Assembly: GCA_965203485.1 (NCBI GenBank)
Contig: OZ241892.1
Span: forward strand, 1,696,001-1,760,000
Source of the DNA: Longimicrobiales bacterium
GTDB lineage: Bacteria; Gemmatimonadota; Gemmatimonadetes; Longimicrobiales; Gaopeijiaceae
Direction: 5' to 3'
DNA length: 64,000 nt
The translations under genes were made by a program, and so were the position numbers. Positions within the stretch are counted from its first letter, which is position 1, and every line of letters starts with the position of its first letter. The notes under the pieces were generated by a model. The model was given only the letters and a program-made list of their open reading frames with translations, made no database searches and was not told the origin of the DNA. Positions 1-10,042 of this stretch are shown piece after piece.

Positions 1-80
1 TCGAGGAAGTCCGCCACTGCCTTGGCCACGGCGGGCGGGCGCACGGCGCACGTGGCCGCGTAGTCCAGGTAGCGCTTCAC
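1..80 (-). CDS. Class V aminotransferase / cysteine desulfurase-like protein, N-terminus only (runs off the window)
   Basis: GTG at 80 gives MKRYLDYAATCAVRPPAVAKAVADFL; YLDxAAT is the N-terminal motif of NifS/SufS-type enzymes. Confidence 0.7.
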   Translation of the reverse strand, partial: MKRYLDYAATCAVRPPAVAKAVADFL

Positions 81-266
81 GCCGGTAGTAGATCCTCGGA
101 TTGGGTGCGCCGACGCCTGGGGACGCCGCTCTCGCTCGCCCGCCAGAATAAGCCCGCAGGCTGGCGCGTGACAAGACGGCCGGCACCGGCCGCCGCCGGG
201 AAACGCAGGCCGCGCGCGACAGCGACCGACGGGACGGCCGCCGCCGATGCGGTTGGTCGGGTCGGA

Positions 267-1787
267 TCACGAGGAGACCGCCGCGCGCGGCAGACCCGCG
301 CGAAGCTGAAGGGCTTCCGCCACGTGGGAATCGCCGATGCGCTCGGCGGCCGCCAAGTCCGCGATCGTGCGGGCGACGCGAAGCGTCCGGTGGACGGACC
401 GGGCGGAGAGACGCATTCGCTCGACGCCCTGCTCCAGCAACCGGGCGCCGGACGCTGCCAGGCGGCATTGGCGCACCACGTCGCGAGACGGGATGCGCGC
501 GTTGAGCAGCGACGGGCCGCCGAAGCGCGCCGACTGGCGAGCCCGGGCTGCCATCGCCGCCTGCCGGGCGGACGCCGTGTCCGGCCCCCCGCCGGCCGGT
601 TCCCCGACCAGCTCGCGCCACGACGCCGGGGCTACGCGCACCTGCAAGTCCAGTCGGTCCAGCAACGGTCCCGACAAGCGCGCCCGGTAGCGCGCGACGT
701 CCCGGTCGTGGCAAACGCAGTCGTCGCCGCCCAAGCCGCAGGGACACGGATTCATGGCGGCCACGAGTTGAAATCGGGCCGGAAACGCGACCGTGTGCCT
801 GACCCGCGCGATGCGCACCACTCCGGACTCGATGGGTTGGCGCAGCGTCTCGAGCACGCGTCGGCTGAACTCGGGCAGCTCGTCCAGAAACAGGACGCCC
901 AAGTGCGACAGGCTTATCTCGCCGGGCCGCGGAGGGTTGCCGCCACCAATCAAGCCGCCCGCCGAGATCGTGTGATGGGGAGCCCGGAACGGCCGCTCCG
1001 TCTTGACGGGGTCCGACTGGTCGAGCAGGCCCGCCACCGAGTGCACCCGCGTGACCTCCAGCGACTCGGGCTCCGCGAGCGGGGGCAGCAGTCCGGGAAG
1101 ACGCCGGGCCAGCATCGTCTTGCCGGCGCCGGGAGGGCCCGACATGAGCAGGCTGTGGCCGCCGGACGCGGCGACCAGGAGCGCCCGCTTGCCGAGGCCC
1201 TGGCCCCGCACGTCGGCGAGGTCGGGATGCGTCTCCCGCCTGCCGGCGGCCGGAGCGGGCGCCGGCCACTTCGAATCGCCCCGGCGCAACGCCTCGGCCA
1301 GCTCGCCGAGCGCCACGACGCCGGCCACCTCGAGCCCCGGCACGGCTCCCGCCTCGCGCGCGTTTCCCAGCGGCACGAACAGGCGGCGCGTGCCGGCCGC
1401 GCGGCAACTCATGGCGAGCGCAATGGCGCCGCGCACGGGCCGCACCGACCCGTCGAGCCCCAGCTCGCCCACGAACCCCGCGCCCTCGAGCGCACGGGCT
1501 GGAATCCGCTCGTGCGCGACCAGGAGTCCGACGGCGATGGGGAGATCGAAGCCGGACCCGGACTTGGGCAGGTCGGCCGGGGCCAAGTTGACGGTCACGC
1601 GCCGGGGTGCAAGCGACATCCCCGCCTGCGCCAGCGCGGCGAAGACCCGCTCCTTGCCTTCGCGGACGGCGCCTGCCGGAAGGCCGACGACCGTGAACAC
1701 CGGCAGTCCCTTCTGCACCTTCACCTCGACCCTCACGGGCAAGCCCTCTACCCCGTGAACCCAATAGGACTGGACAACGGCCAACAC
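267..1787 (-). CDS. comM: YifB/ComM family Mg-chelatase-like AAA+ ATPase
   Basis: VNLAPADLPKSGSGFDLPIA, Walker A GPPGAGKT, FRAPHHT, LFLDELPEF, AMNPCPCG; GTG 1787 preceded by GGAGG. Confidence 0.92.
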   Translation of the reverse strand: MLAVVQSYWVHGVEGLPVRVEVKVQKGLPVFTVVGLPAGAVREGKERVFAALAQAGMSLAPRRVTVNLAPADLPKSGSGFDLPIAVGLLVAHERIPARALEGAGFVGELGLDGSVRPVRGAIALAMSCRAAGTRRLFVPLGNAREAGAVPGLEVAGVVALGELAEALRRGDSKWPAPAPAAGRRETHPDLADVRGQGLGKRALLVAASGGHSLLMSGPPGAGKTMLARRLPGLLPPLAEPESLEVTRVHSVAGLLDQSDPVKTERPFRAPHHTISAGGLIGGGNPPRPGEISLSHLGVLFLDELPEFSRRVLETLRQPIESGVVRIARVRHTVAFPARFQLVAAMNPCPCGLGGDDCVCHDRDVARYRARLSGPLLDRLDLQVRVAPASWRELVGEPAGGGPDTASARQAAMAARARQSARFGGPSLLNARIPSRDVVRQCRLAASGARLLEQGVERMRLSARSVHRTLRVARTIADLAAAERIGDSHVAEALQLRAGLPRAAVSS

Positions 1788-1970
1788 GTCGCGCGCCTCC
1801 GGTTTGCGGACTGCCGGCATGGATCGTAAGCCGTCGCGCGGGACGCGCGAATGGCTGAATGGGACACGCCCGCCGGCCCGCTCCGGCGTGCCCGGCCCGG
1901 AAGCTGGCGCGCACGGAGGCGCCGGCCCATAATGGGGTCGTTTCCCGAAACGAGGAGGTGGTCGAAGCAA

Positions 1971-3062
1971 ATGAGGATCGCGGTCATGGCCGAGACTCGG
2001 CCGGGCGAGCGGCGGGTCGCGCTCACGCCCGGCGCCGCGCGCCACTACGGAGACCTGCGCTCCGGGCTCCGCATTCAGGCCGGCGCGGGCGAGGCGGCTT
2101 CGTTCGCCGACGCGGACTACGAGGAAGCCGGCGTGGAAGTCCGGCCGGACCGGGCAAGCGTCCTGGAAGGCGCGGACGTCGTGCTCAAGGTGCAGCCGCC
2201 GACGCCCGAGGAGGTGGACTCCCTGCCGCGCGGGGCGTCCCTGGTGAGCCACCTGGGCGCCGACGACGCGGCCGGAACGGCGCGCGCGCTGGAAGCCCGC
2301 GAGGTGACGGCCTTCGCCGTCGAGCGCATTCCCCGCATCACGCGCGCCCAGAAGATGGACGTCCTCTCTTCGCAGGCGACGGTCGCCGGGTACTTGGCCG
2401 CGTTGCTGGGCGCCGGCGCCATGAACCGCTTTCTGCCCATGCTCACGACGGCGGCCGGCACGATCCGCCCGGCTCATGCGCTGGTCCTGGGCGCGGGCGT
2501 GGCCGGCCTGCAGGCGATCGCCACGGCCCGGCGCCTGGGCGCGGTGGTGCACGCGTTCGACGTGCGGCCCGCGGTCAAGGAGCAGGTCGAGAGCCTGGGC
2601 GCGAAGTTCCTCGAGGCGGAACTCGACGAGAGCGCCGAGGACGAGGGCGGCTACGCCACGGCGCTGTCCGAGGAGCAGCACGAGCGAGAGCTCGCCCTCG
2701 TGGCCGAGCGGCTCCCGGACGCCGACTTGGTCGTCACGACCGCCCAGATTCCGGGCAAGCCGGCGCCGCGGCTGATCACGGCCGCCATGGTCGCGTCGAT
2801 GCGGCCCGGCAGCGTCGTCGTGGACTTGGCGTCCGAGACGGGCGGCAACTGCGAGCTCACCCGGCACGGGGAGACCACGACCCATGGCGGCGTCGTGGTC
2901 ATGGGACCCGCCAACCTCCCTTCCCGCTTGGCCTTTCACGCCAGCTCGATGTACGCGCGCAACTTGGCCGAGTTCGTCGGCCACGTCTTCCGCGGCGGCG
3001 CCGCCGACTTCGCCGACGAGATCACTCGCGCCACCTGCGCGACACCCCGCGACCCGGAATAG
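1971..3062 (+). CDS. pntA: NAD(P) transhydrogenase subunit alpha part 1 (domain I)
   Basis: ERRVALTP, PRITRAQKMDVLSSQA, GAGVAGL, TTAQIPG, GGNCE; GAGGAGG upstream of ATG 1971. Confidence 0.93.
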   Translation: MRIAVMAETRPGERRVALTPGAARHYGDLRSGLRIQAGAGEAASFADADYEEAGVEVRPDRASVLEGADVVLKVQPPTPEEVDSLPRGASLVSHLGADDAAGTARALEAREVTAFAVERIPRITRAQKMDVLSSQATVAGYLAALLGAGAMNRFLPMLTTAAGTIRPAHALVLGAGVAGLQAIATARRLGAVVHAFDVRPAVKEQVESLGAKFLEAELDESAEDEGGYATALSEEQHERELALVAERLPDADLVVTTAQIPGKPAPRLITAAMVASMRPGSVVVDLASETGGNCELTRHGETTTHGGVVVMGPANLPSRLAFHASSMYARNLAEFVGHVFRGGAADFADEITRATCATPRDPE

Positions 3063-3067
3063 AGACC

Positions 3068-3346
3068 ATGAGCGAAATGATGATCGGGGCCTACGTCTTC
3101 GTCCTGGCCACGCTGGCCGGCAAGGAGGTCATCTCGAAGGTGCCGCCCACGCTCCACACGCCCCTGATGTCGGGCGCCAACGCCATATCGGGCGTCGCGG
3201 TCATCGGCGCCCTGGTGGTGGCGGGATCGGCGACCACGCCGGTCGTTCGGTGGCTGGGCATCGCGGGGATCGCGATGGCGACGGTCAACGTGGTTGGCGG
3301 CTTCATGGTGACCGACCGAATGTTGCGCATGTTCAAGAAGAACTGA
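3068..3346 (+). CDS. NAD(P) transhydrogenase subunit alpha part 2 (membrane)
   Basis: VPPTLHTPLMSGANAISG and NVVGGFMVTDRML motifs; lies between pntA1 and pntB. Confidence 0.92.
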   Translation: MSEMMIGAYVFVLATLAGKEVISKVPPTLHTPLMSGANAISGVAVIGALVVAGSATTPVVRWLGIAGIAMATVNVVGGFMVTDRMLRMFKKN

Positions 3347-3359
3347 GGCGACGGCAAGA

Positions 3360-4748
3360 ATGGAATGGACAGCGCTCGGCCACTTGGCCCTGTTGGCCTC
3401 CGCCTTCCTCTTCGTGTCCGGCATCAAGCTGCTTTCGTCGCCCGCCACGGCGAGGGCCGGCAACGCGCGGGCTTCGCTCGCGATGCTGCTGGCCGTCGTC
3501 GTCACGTTGCTGGAGCACGCCGTGCTCGACTGGGCTTCGGTCGGGGCCTCGGTGGCCCTCGGAGCGCTGGCGGGGGCTTTTCTCGCGCGGACGATACGGA
3601 TGACGGCGATGCCGCAACTCGTAGCGGTCTTCAACGGCTTCGGAGGCGGCGCGTCGGCGGCCGTGGCGGGCGCCGAGTTCATGAGGCTCGGCGGGGACGG
3701 CGCCGTCTTGGGTCCGGCCGCGGGCGCCACGATCGTCCTCGGCACGATCATCGGCGCCGTCACGCTCTCCGGCAGCCTGCTCGCGTTCGGGAAGCTTCAG
3801 GGCATCGTGACGGGAAGCCCCATCACGTATCCGCTCCAGAGGACGGCCAACGCGATATTCTTCGCCGGCATTCTCGCGGCGGCGGTCGCCGTCGTGGCGG
3901 GCGATCCGAATCCGCAGATGTACTTCGCTCTGGCCGCGGCGGCCGTGCTCCTCGGATTCCTGCTGGTGGCTCCGATCGGCGGAGCCGACATGCCCGTGGT
4001 CGTGTCCTTGCTCAACTCCTATTCGGGGCTCGCCGCGGCCGCGACCGGCTTCGTCCTGGGCAACATGATCCTGATCATCGCCGGCGCTCTCGTCGGCGCC
4101 TCGGGGCTGATCCTGACCCAGCTCATGTGCAAGGCGATGAACCGCTCCCTGGGCAACGTGGCGTTCGGCGCGTTCGGCACGGAGGCGGCATCGGCGGGTC
4201 GCGTCGGCGCCGGGGAGAGAACGGTGCGCGACGTGGACGCCGAGCAGGCGGCGATGGTGCTCGCGTACGCCGGCTCCGTCGTCGTAGTGCCCGGCTACGG
4301 CCTGGCGGTCGCGCAGGCCCAGCACGAACTCAAGAAGGTCTGCGACCTGCTCGAGGAGCGGGGCGTGACGGTCCGCTTCGGGATCCATCCCGTCGCGGGC
4401 CGCATGCCGGGGCACATGAACGTTCTCCTGGCCGAAGCCGACGTGCCCTACGACCAGCTCCTGGACCTGGACGAGGTGAACCCGGAGTTCGACGGAACCG
4501 ACGTGGCGTTGGTCGTCGGGGCGAACGACGTGGTCAACCCCGCCGCCCGCGACCCGGCGTCGGCGATCGCCGGCATGCCCATTCTCGACGTGGACCGGGC
4601 GCGCGCGGTCATCGTCATGAAGCGCTCGCTGAGCGCGGGCTTCGCGGGCCTCGACAACGATCTGTTCCACATGGACAACACCATGATGTTCTTCGGCGAC
4701 GCGAAGAAGGCCATGTCGGACTTGGCGAAGGAAGTCCGGGAGGCCTGA
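3360..4748 (+). CDS. pntB: NAD(P) transhydrogenase subunit beta
   Basis: MTAMPQLVA, GGADMPVVVSLLNSYSG, HPVAGRMPGHMNVLLAEA, GANDVVNP. Confidence 0.95.
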   Translation: MEWTALGHLALLASAFLFVSGIKLLSSPATARAGNARASLAMLLAVVVTLLEHAVLDWASVGASVALGALAGAFLARTIRMTAMPQLVAVFNGFGGGASAAVAGAEFMRLGGDGAVLGPAAGATIVLGTIIGAVTLSGSLLAFGKLQGIVTGSPITYPLQRTANAIFFAGILAAAVAVVAGDPNPQMYFALAAAAVLLGFLLVAPIGGADMPVVVSLLNSYSGLAAAATGFVLGNMILIIAGALVGASGLILTQLMCKAMNRSLGNVAFGAFGTEAASAGRVGAGERTVRDVDAEQAAMVLAYAGSVVVVPGYGLAVAQAQHELKKVCDLLEERGVTVRFGIHPVAGRMPGHMNVLLAEADVPYDQLLDLDEVNPEFDGTDVALVVGANDVVNPAARDPASAIAGMPILDVDRARAVIVMKRSLSAGFAGLDNDLFHMDNTMMFFGDAKKAMSDLAKEVREA

Positions 4749-4811
4749 TCGCATCCGCGCTGAGCGCGCGAAGGGCGGCCGATGCGGGCCGCCGCCCCGC
4801 CGGACCGTCCG

Positions 4812-7800
4812 CTACGTCTCGTCGGGCGCCGCCCGGAGGACGAGGGTGACCCTGGTGCCCCGCTCCGGCTCGCTCGTCATGCGCACGCCGCCGCCCCAGG
4901 AGTCCACCAGCCGCTTCACGATCGCGAGTCCCAGGCCAGTCCCCTCGGAGCGAGTGGAGAACTGCGGTTCGAAGACCCGCGGCAAGAGCTCGGGCGCGAT
5001 GCCGCAGCCCTCGTCCTCCACGATCACGTCCAGCGTGGGCCCGGGCGCGTCGCCGGCGCCGGCACGAACGCGGACGACTCCGCCGCCCGGCATCGCGGCG
5101 CGCGCGTTCTCCAAGAGATTGATCAGGACTTCCTTGAGCTCGTCCGGGCGCGTCCAAGCTCTAGGGAGGTCCGGAGCCAACTCGCCCACGACCCGTATAG
5201 GACCGTCGCCACCCCTGTAGAGGTTCACCGTTTCGCGCACCACGGCGCCTGCGTCGACGGGCGCCAGCGGAGCAGCTTCTTCGGGCGACCCCGGCGTCCC
5301 GAGCCGGGCGAAGCTCCTCGCAACGGCAGCCAGCCGGTCGATCTCCTTGAGCACGGCGCCGGCGTTCTCCTCCAGGATGCGGCCGAAGTCCCGGCGCTTG
5401 TCGCTCCACGCCCGCAACAAGTGCTGCACCGAAAGCTTCATGGGCGTCAGCGGGTTCTTGACCTCGTGGGCCACCTGCTGGGCCATCTCCCCCCAAGCGA
5501 GGATCCGCTCTCCGCGCAACTCGTCGGTCACGTCCTCCAAATTGATCACCACGCCGCCGGGACTGCCCTCGTGCGCGATGCGCCTCGCATGCCCGCGGAT
5601 CCGGCGGTCGCCCCACTTGAAGTCCTTGGACGACTCCGATTCCGCTCCCGCGCGGTAGGCTTCGAGCCACCCCTCCAGCTCGGCGGCGGGCGCCGAGTCC
5701 GCCCGGAGTTCCCGGCCGACCGACAACCTCGCGGACAACAACGCTTCGGCCATCGGGTTGGCGACCGTCACCTGGCCGTCGGCGTCGATGGCGATGACTC
5801 CCGTCGCCGCCGCGTCCACGATGGCTTCGGTGCGCCGGGTCGTGCGCAGAAGTTCGCGCCGCGCCTCGCCCAGGCGCAGGACCATGTGGTTGAACGCGGC
5901 GAAGGCCGAGCCGAACTCGTCCACTCTGTCCTCGGGCAGATGAACGGCCAAGTTGCCCCCGCCGACGCGTTCCGACGCCACCTGCAGGGTTCGCATCGGA
6001 CGCGTCAACGCCCTGCCCACGAAGAGCGCGAGCGCGAGCGACAGGATCGGGCCCAGAACGAAGGCGAACAGCAGCAGATGCACGACGTCGCGCATCCGCA
6101 GGGCGGCCGCGCCCGCCCGCAACGGCAATGGAGCGGCGAGGACCCGGCCGTCGGAGAACCGCTCGTAGGCGACGACGTACCGCCAGCTGCCCAGCTCGGC
6201 GACGCGGGACGCCCGCATCTGCTGCCCCGTCTCGAGCGCTTCGTGGATCGTTGGGTCCACCCATCCCTCGTAGAGGCCCAAGTCGACGAGATCGGAGACG
6301 GATCCGCCGGCCAAGCGTCCATCGCGGTACTCCAGCAGGTCGGCTCCCGCGCGCCAGCCCGGCGAATCGAACGCCACTCCGAGGTCGCGGTGCCGGCGGG
6401 CAGCTTCGCTCACGGCGCGTTCGGCCAGCGCAGTCGCCGTCCGCACCGACGCATCGGCGAGGGTGCGATAGTCCAGCATGCCGAAGATCGCGCTCGACAA
6501 GACGAAAAAGGCGAAGAGCGTCCAAGTCACCCGCGCCCGGAAGGACTTGAAGAGACCGCGCCAGTCGACGGGCATGGAGAAGCGGATCCCCAACAGCCCC
6601 GCAGCCAGGAGCCAGAGCGCCGCCAGGACGACGACGCTCAGTGCCAGCAGCAGGCCTGCGCGCGCGAGCATCACCCACACGTTCGGTATGCTCAGCGTGT
6701 ACGACACCGAGTAGACTCCGTCCGGAAACAGCGCCTGCCCCTCCGCCAGCCACCCCTCGTCGTTGCGGCTCCACGACGGGCGGTTGGCCAGTCCGGATGT
6801 CGCGCTTTCGGGAGCGCGAGCGAGCATCAGGAAGTCCTGGCCGCCGCCGGTCAAGGCCGACGACAGCAACGGGGCGGCTCCAGACGACGGGCGAACGGTT
6901 CGACGGGGCGGAACCGCCGCCGTCGCGAGCCGCCCGCCGGAGAGCGACACGACCGCAAGGCGGTGCACGCCGGGCTGGTTGAAGTTCTGGTACTCGCGCG
7001 TGCCGCCGGCCCTCAACGCCGGCAGCATCCGATCGAGCACGGCGGGCCGCGTGCGGTCGGGGCCGAGCCGGAGGTCGCGCAAGGGGACGCCGGCAGCCGA
7101 CCAGAGCGTCAGAAAGACCGGCGCTCCCGCCGTTGCCGAGCCGCCCGACATCCACGCGCGGTAGAGGAGCTCCATGTCGCCAACGCCCGCCCGGTCGAGT
7201 TCCAGCGCGCGCTCCGCAAACTCTCCCGGCAACATGTCCTCGGCCAACTCGCGCATGATCCCCAGCAACCCGATCTCCTGCTCCGCCACCGCCTTGCGGG
7301 CCGCGGTGCGCTGGTTCCACGCGAAGGGGAGGGCGGCGGTTCCGGCCAGCCACGCCGCGCACAGCCAGCCGACGAACGAGAGGCGGTCGCGGCCCGCCCG
7401 CAAGCCACGGGCCGCCAGCGCGGCGGGCACGGCCCAGAGCGCCGTCGCGGCCCACGGCGTGGCCGCTCCCTCTCTCGCCTCCATCGCGACGGCGAAGGCC
7501 AGAAGCGCCGCCAGCCCGCCGCCGGCCGCGATCATGCCCAACGACAACCCGTCCGCCGGCCGGGAAGCCGCGCGGCCGGAGGCCGCCGCGGATCCTTTCG
7601 AGCGCTCCCGCAACGCGAGGGCTCCGCCCGCGATCAGCGCCAGGGCCAGCGTCAGACAGAGCTGGTACGCGATCCAGGGTCCGCCTGCGCGTCCGAGGAG
7701 TTCGGTCGAAGCGCCCGACGCAAGCCACCACAGCGCGAGGGGGAAGCCCGCCGCCACCGTCGCCACCGAGAGCCACCGCGCCGCCCGCCAGTCCAAGGAC

Positions 7801-9032
7801 GGGCACGCCAGCACGACGAGCGGCGAGGCCGCCACGGCCAGCAGCAGGAGACGGCCGAGCGTGGCCGGAGCCGGGCCCGGAAGCGAATACGACGCCAGAT
7901 CGGCCAGCTCGCGCACCCCCACCAACGTCATGTCCAGCGGCACGAGGGCGGCGCCCGCCACCAGCAGGCCGACCGTGAGCGCCAGCTGCCTGCGCGGGGC
8001 GCCCACCGACTGGAGGAGCCACACCAGGCCGGCCAGGGCGAGCGCGGCCGCCAACGCGGGGCGTCTCGTCTCGGCGCGCCTGGCCGCCGCGTTGGGCTCC
8101 ACCACCGTGGCGCGCAGGCTGCCGCCCGGCCATTCCACGACGAACTCGCCCGGCTCGGGCGGGCCACCACCGTCGATGACGCGGATGTCTTCGCCCGCCC
8201 GCGCCTCCGCTCGCGAGAAGAAGTCTGCGCCGCCGGGCAGAAGGGACGGCGGGAGATGCGAGCGCACGAGCGAAGCCGCCAACGCCGTGCCCCCGCCGGG
8301 CACGCTGCTTGCGAGGTAGAGATAGGAGAAGAGCGGCGATCCGCCGAAGGTCGCCGAAGCCCGCTCGCTCGATCCCACCGAGAGCGCGCCGGCGGCCGCG
8401 GCGGACATGTCGGGATCGGAGGCGGGCAACCGGCCGCGATGGCTTCCCCGCCAAGCGCGCAGACGTCCGTCCTCGCCGAACACGGCTACCGCCGTTGCTC
8501 CGGAAGCCACCCAGACCGCCTCGGCCGAGTCGCGCACTGCCGCCGGGCCGGGCGCGGCGGCGGCCGCGGCGGCAAGCCGCTCGGCCGCGCGCTGGCCGGC
8601 AGCAACGAGGCGCGCGAAGTCGCCTTGCACCATCTCGGCAACGGCCTCTCGCCGCTGCTCCCAATGACTGCTCCAGCCTTCGTCGTAGCGATGGTCGCCA
8701 ACATCGACCGCGACGCCCGCCAGCACGCCGGCGCCCAGCGCCGCAACGGACACCGCGTGGCGGCGGCTCGCCCGCCCCCGGGCCGCCGCTCCCACGACGG
8801 CCGCTGCTCCAGCGAACAGAAGCCACGACGACTCGAAGCGCGCCCAAAGAACCAAGCACAGGCATCCGGCCCACAGCAGGACGCCGGGCCACCGGGCGAT
8901 TTGCCGCAAACGCCTTGAACTGATCCGCGGCCCTGCCGCCGTCCGCCCGTCCCGCCGCGTGCCCGCCGCCGAAGACGCGCCTCTCGCAGGCGGTTCGCCG
9001 CCGGGAGCCGGGGAAGCTCGAGCGCTGTCCAT
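4812..9032 (-). CDS. Very large multi-TM sensor histidine kinase (HAMP-PAS-HisKA-HATPase, NtrY-like C-terminus); start uncertain
   Basis: AWGEMAQQVAHEVKNPLTPMKL H-box, NLLENA, DEGCGI, FEPQFST, GTGLGL; long hydrophobic N-terminal region. Confidence 0.85.
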   Translation of the reverse strand: MDSARASPAPGGEPPARGASSAAGTRRDGRTAAGPRISSRRLRQIARWPGVLLWAGCLCLVLWARFESSWLLFAGAAAVVGAAARGRASRRHAVSVAALGAGVLAGVAVDVGDHRYDEGWSSHWEQRREAVAEMVQGDFARLVAAGQRAAERLAAAAAAAPGPAAVRDSAEAVWVASGATAVAVFGEDGRLRAWRGSHRGRLPASDPDMSAAAAGALSVGSSERASATFGGSPLFSYLYLASSVPGGGTALAASLVRSHLPPSLLPGGADFFSRAEARAGEDIRVIDGGGPPEPGEFVVEWPGGSLRATVVEPNAAARRAETRRPALAAALALAGLVWLLQSVGAPRRQLALTVGLLVAGAALVPLDMTLVGVRELADLASYSLPGPAPATLGRLLLLAVAASPLVVLACPSLDWRAARWLSVATVAAGFPLALWWLASGASTELLGRAGGPWIAYQLCLTLALALIAGGALALRERSKGSAAASGRAASRPADGLSLGMIAAGGGLAALLAFAVAMEAREGAATPWAATALWAVPAALAARGLRAGRDRLSFVGWLCAAWLAGTAALPFAWNQRTAARKAVAEQEIGLLGIMRELAEDMLPGEFAERALELDRAGVGDMELLYRAWMSGGSATAGAPVFLTLWSAAGVPLRDLRLGPDRTRPAVLDRMLPALRAGGTREYQNFNQPGVHRLAVVSLSGGRLATAAVPPRRTVRPSSGAAPLLSSALTGGGQDFLMLARAPESATSGLANRPSWSRNDEGWLAEGQALFPDGVYSVSYTLSIPNVWVMLARAGLLLALSVVVLAALWLLAAGLLGIRFSMPVDWRGLFKSFRARVTWTLFAFFVLSSAIFGMLDYRTLADASVRTATALAERAVSEAARRHRDLGVAFDSPGWRAGADLLEYRDGRLAGGSVSDLVDLGLYEGWVDPTIHEALETGQQMRASRVAELGSWRYVVAYERFSDGRVLAAPLPLRAGAAALRMRDVVHLLLFAFVLGPILSLALALFVGRALTRPMRTLQVASERVGGGNLAVHLPEDRVDEFGSAFAAFNHMVLRLGEARRELLRTTRRTEAIVDAAATGVIAIDADGQVTVANPMAEALLSARLSVGRELRADSAPAAELEGWLEAYRAGAESESSKDFKWGDRRIRGHARRIAHEGSPGGVVINLEDVTDELRGERILAWGEMAQQVAHEVKNPLTPMKLSVQHLLRAWSDKRRDFGRILEENAGAVLKEIDRLAAVARSFARLGTPGSPEEAAPLAPVDAGAVVRETVNLYRGGDGPIRVVGELAPDLPRAWTRPDELKEVLINLLENARAAMPGGGVVRVRAGAGDAPGPTLDVIVEDEGCGIAPELLPRVFEPQFSTRSEGTGLGLAIVKRLVDSWGGGVRMTSEPERGTRVTLVLRAAPDET

Positions 9033-9053
9033 GCTGGTTATGTTACTAGGACG

Positions 9054-9824
9054 ATGAAGAACCGCTTCGCCCACGCGCGCCGGGGGAGCGCGCGTTCGTT
9101 GTTTCCAGGGCCCGGCACGACTCTGCTCGCGGCGGCGCTTTTCGGGGCTCTTCCGCCCGGGCCGCTCCCGGCCGGCGCTCGGGCCCTCGGCGGCGCCATG
9201 CCCGCCCAGGCCGCGCAACTCACCGACCGAGGCACGTTTCGCATCACGGTCGGCGGCGTGCACGCGGGCGACGAGGAATTCCTCATAGAGCGCTCCGGGT
9301 CCGGCGCGAGGGCGAGAGGAACCGTGACGATGCGAGACGGACGCACGGTCACCACGTTCCTCGAGCTGACCGGCCCCGGGCTTCGCCTCGCTGCCTACCA
9401 AGCGTCGGCGACAGGCCCCGACACCGCGTCGGTCTTCTTGGCGGCACGGGCCGACGGGGCTCTCGACGCGCGCATGACGGGCCCGTGGGGCGAGGAGGTG
9501 CGCGAGTACAGAGCGCGTCCGTCCACGGTGGTGCTGGACGACGGCGTGGCTCATCACTACTTCGTGCTGGCGACGGCGCTGGGAGGAGAGAGCGTCGGCG
9601 CGCTGCATGCCGTGGCGCCGCTCGCCCGCGGCGAGGAAGACGACATGGCGATCGAAGTCGGCGCGCAGACGATTCAGGTCGACGGCGAGGACATCGCGGC
9701 GACGCGGGTCCGGGTGGGCGCGGGAAACGCCGCCCGTTCGGCTTGGTTCGACGGCGGCGGCCGCCTGGTGCGGGTGGCCGTGCCCGCCCGCGGCTTTGTG
9801 GCCCAGCGGACGGGCGGCGGATGA
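9054..9824 (+). CDS. Hypothetical exported beta-rich protein (start uncertain)
   Basis: Signal-like segment TTLLAAALFGAL followed by alternating beta-strand-like sequence; normal composition. Confidence 0.6.
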   Translation: MKNRFAHARRGSARSLFPGPGTTLLAAALFGALPPGPLPAGARALGGAMPAQAAQLTDRGTFRITVGGVHAGDEEFLIERSGSGARARGTVTMRDGRTVTTFLELTGPGLRLAAYQASATGPDTASVFLAARADGALDARMTGPWGEEVREYRARPSTVVLDDGVAHHYFVLATALGGESVGALHAVAPLARGEEDDMAIEVGAQTIQVDGEDIAATRVRVGAGNAARSAWFDGGGRLVRVAVPARGFVAQRTGGG

Positions 9825-10042
9825 ATGGCGCGTGGACGGCGAAGGTACCTCGAAACGAAAACACAGCTCGGCGCGTAAGAGACGGGGGCGCTTGGCAGGA
9901 CAAAGTGCGCCGAGGCGGCCCGCGACGCCGGGCGTCCGCCTTCCATGGCGGCGATGTTCGCCGAGATTGCGAGCGGCCTTGGGCCCGCTTCGCCGTTTCG
10001 GACTCGTGCCCAACGCGACTGGAAAAGGAGCAATTCGACTAG

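Noticed and set aside
9821..10042. 73-aa ORF exactly filling the gap before tolC
   Set aside because: No motif and composition like translated intergenic DNA; cannot be supported without homologs
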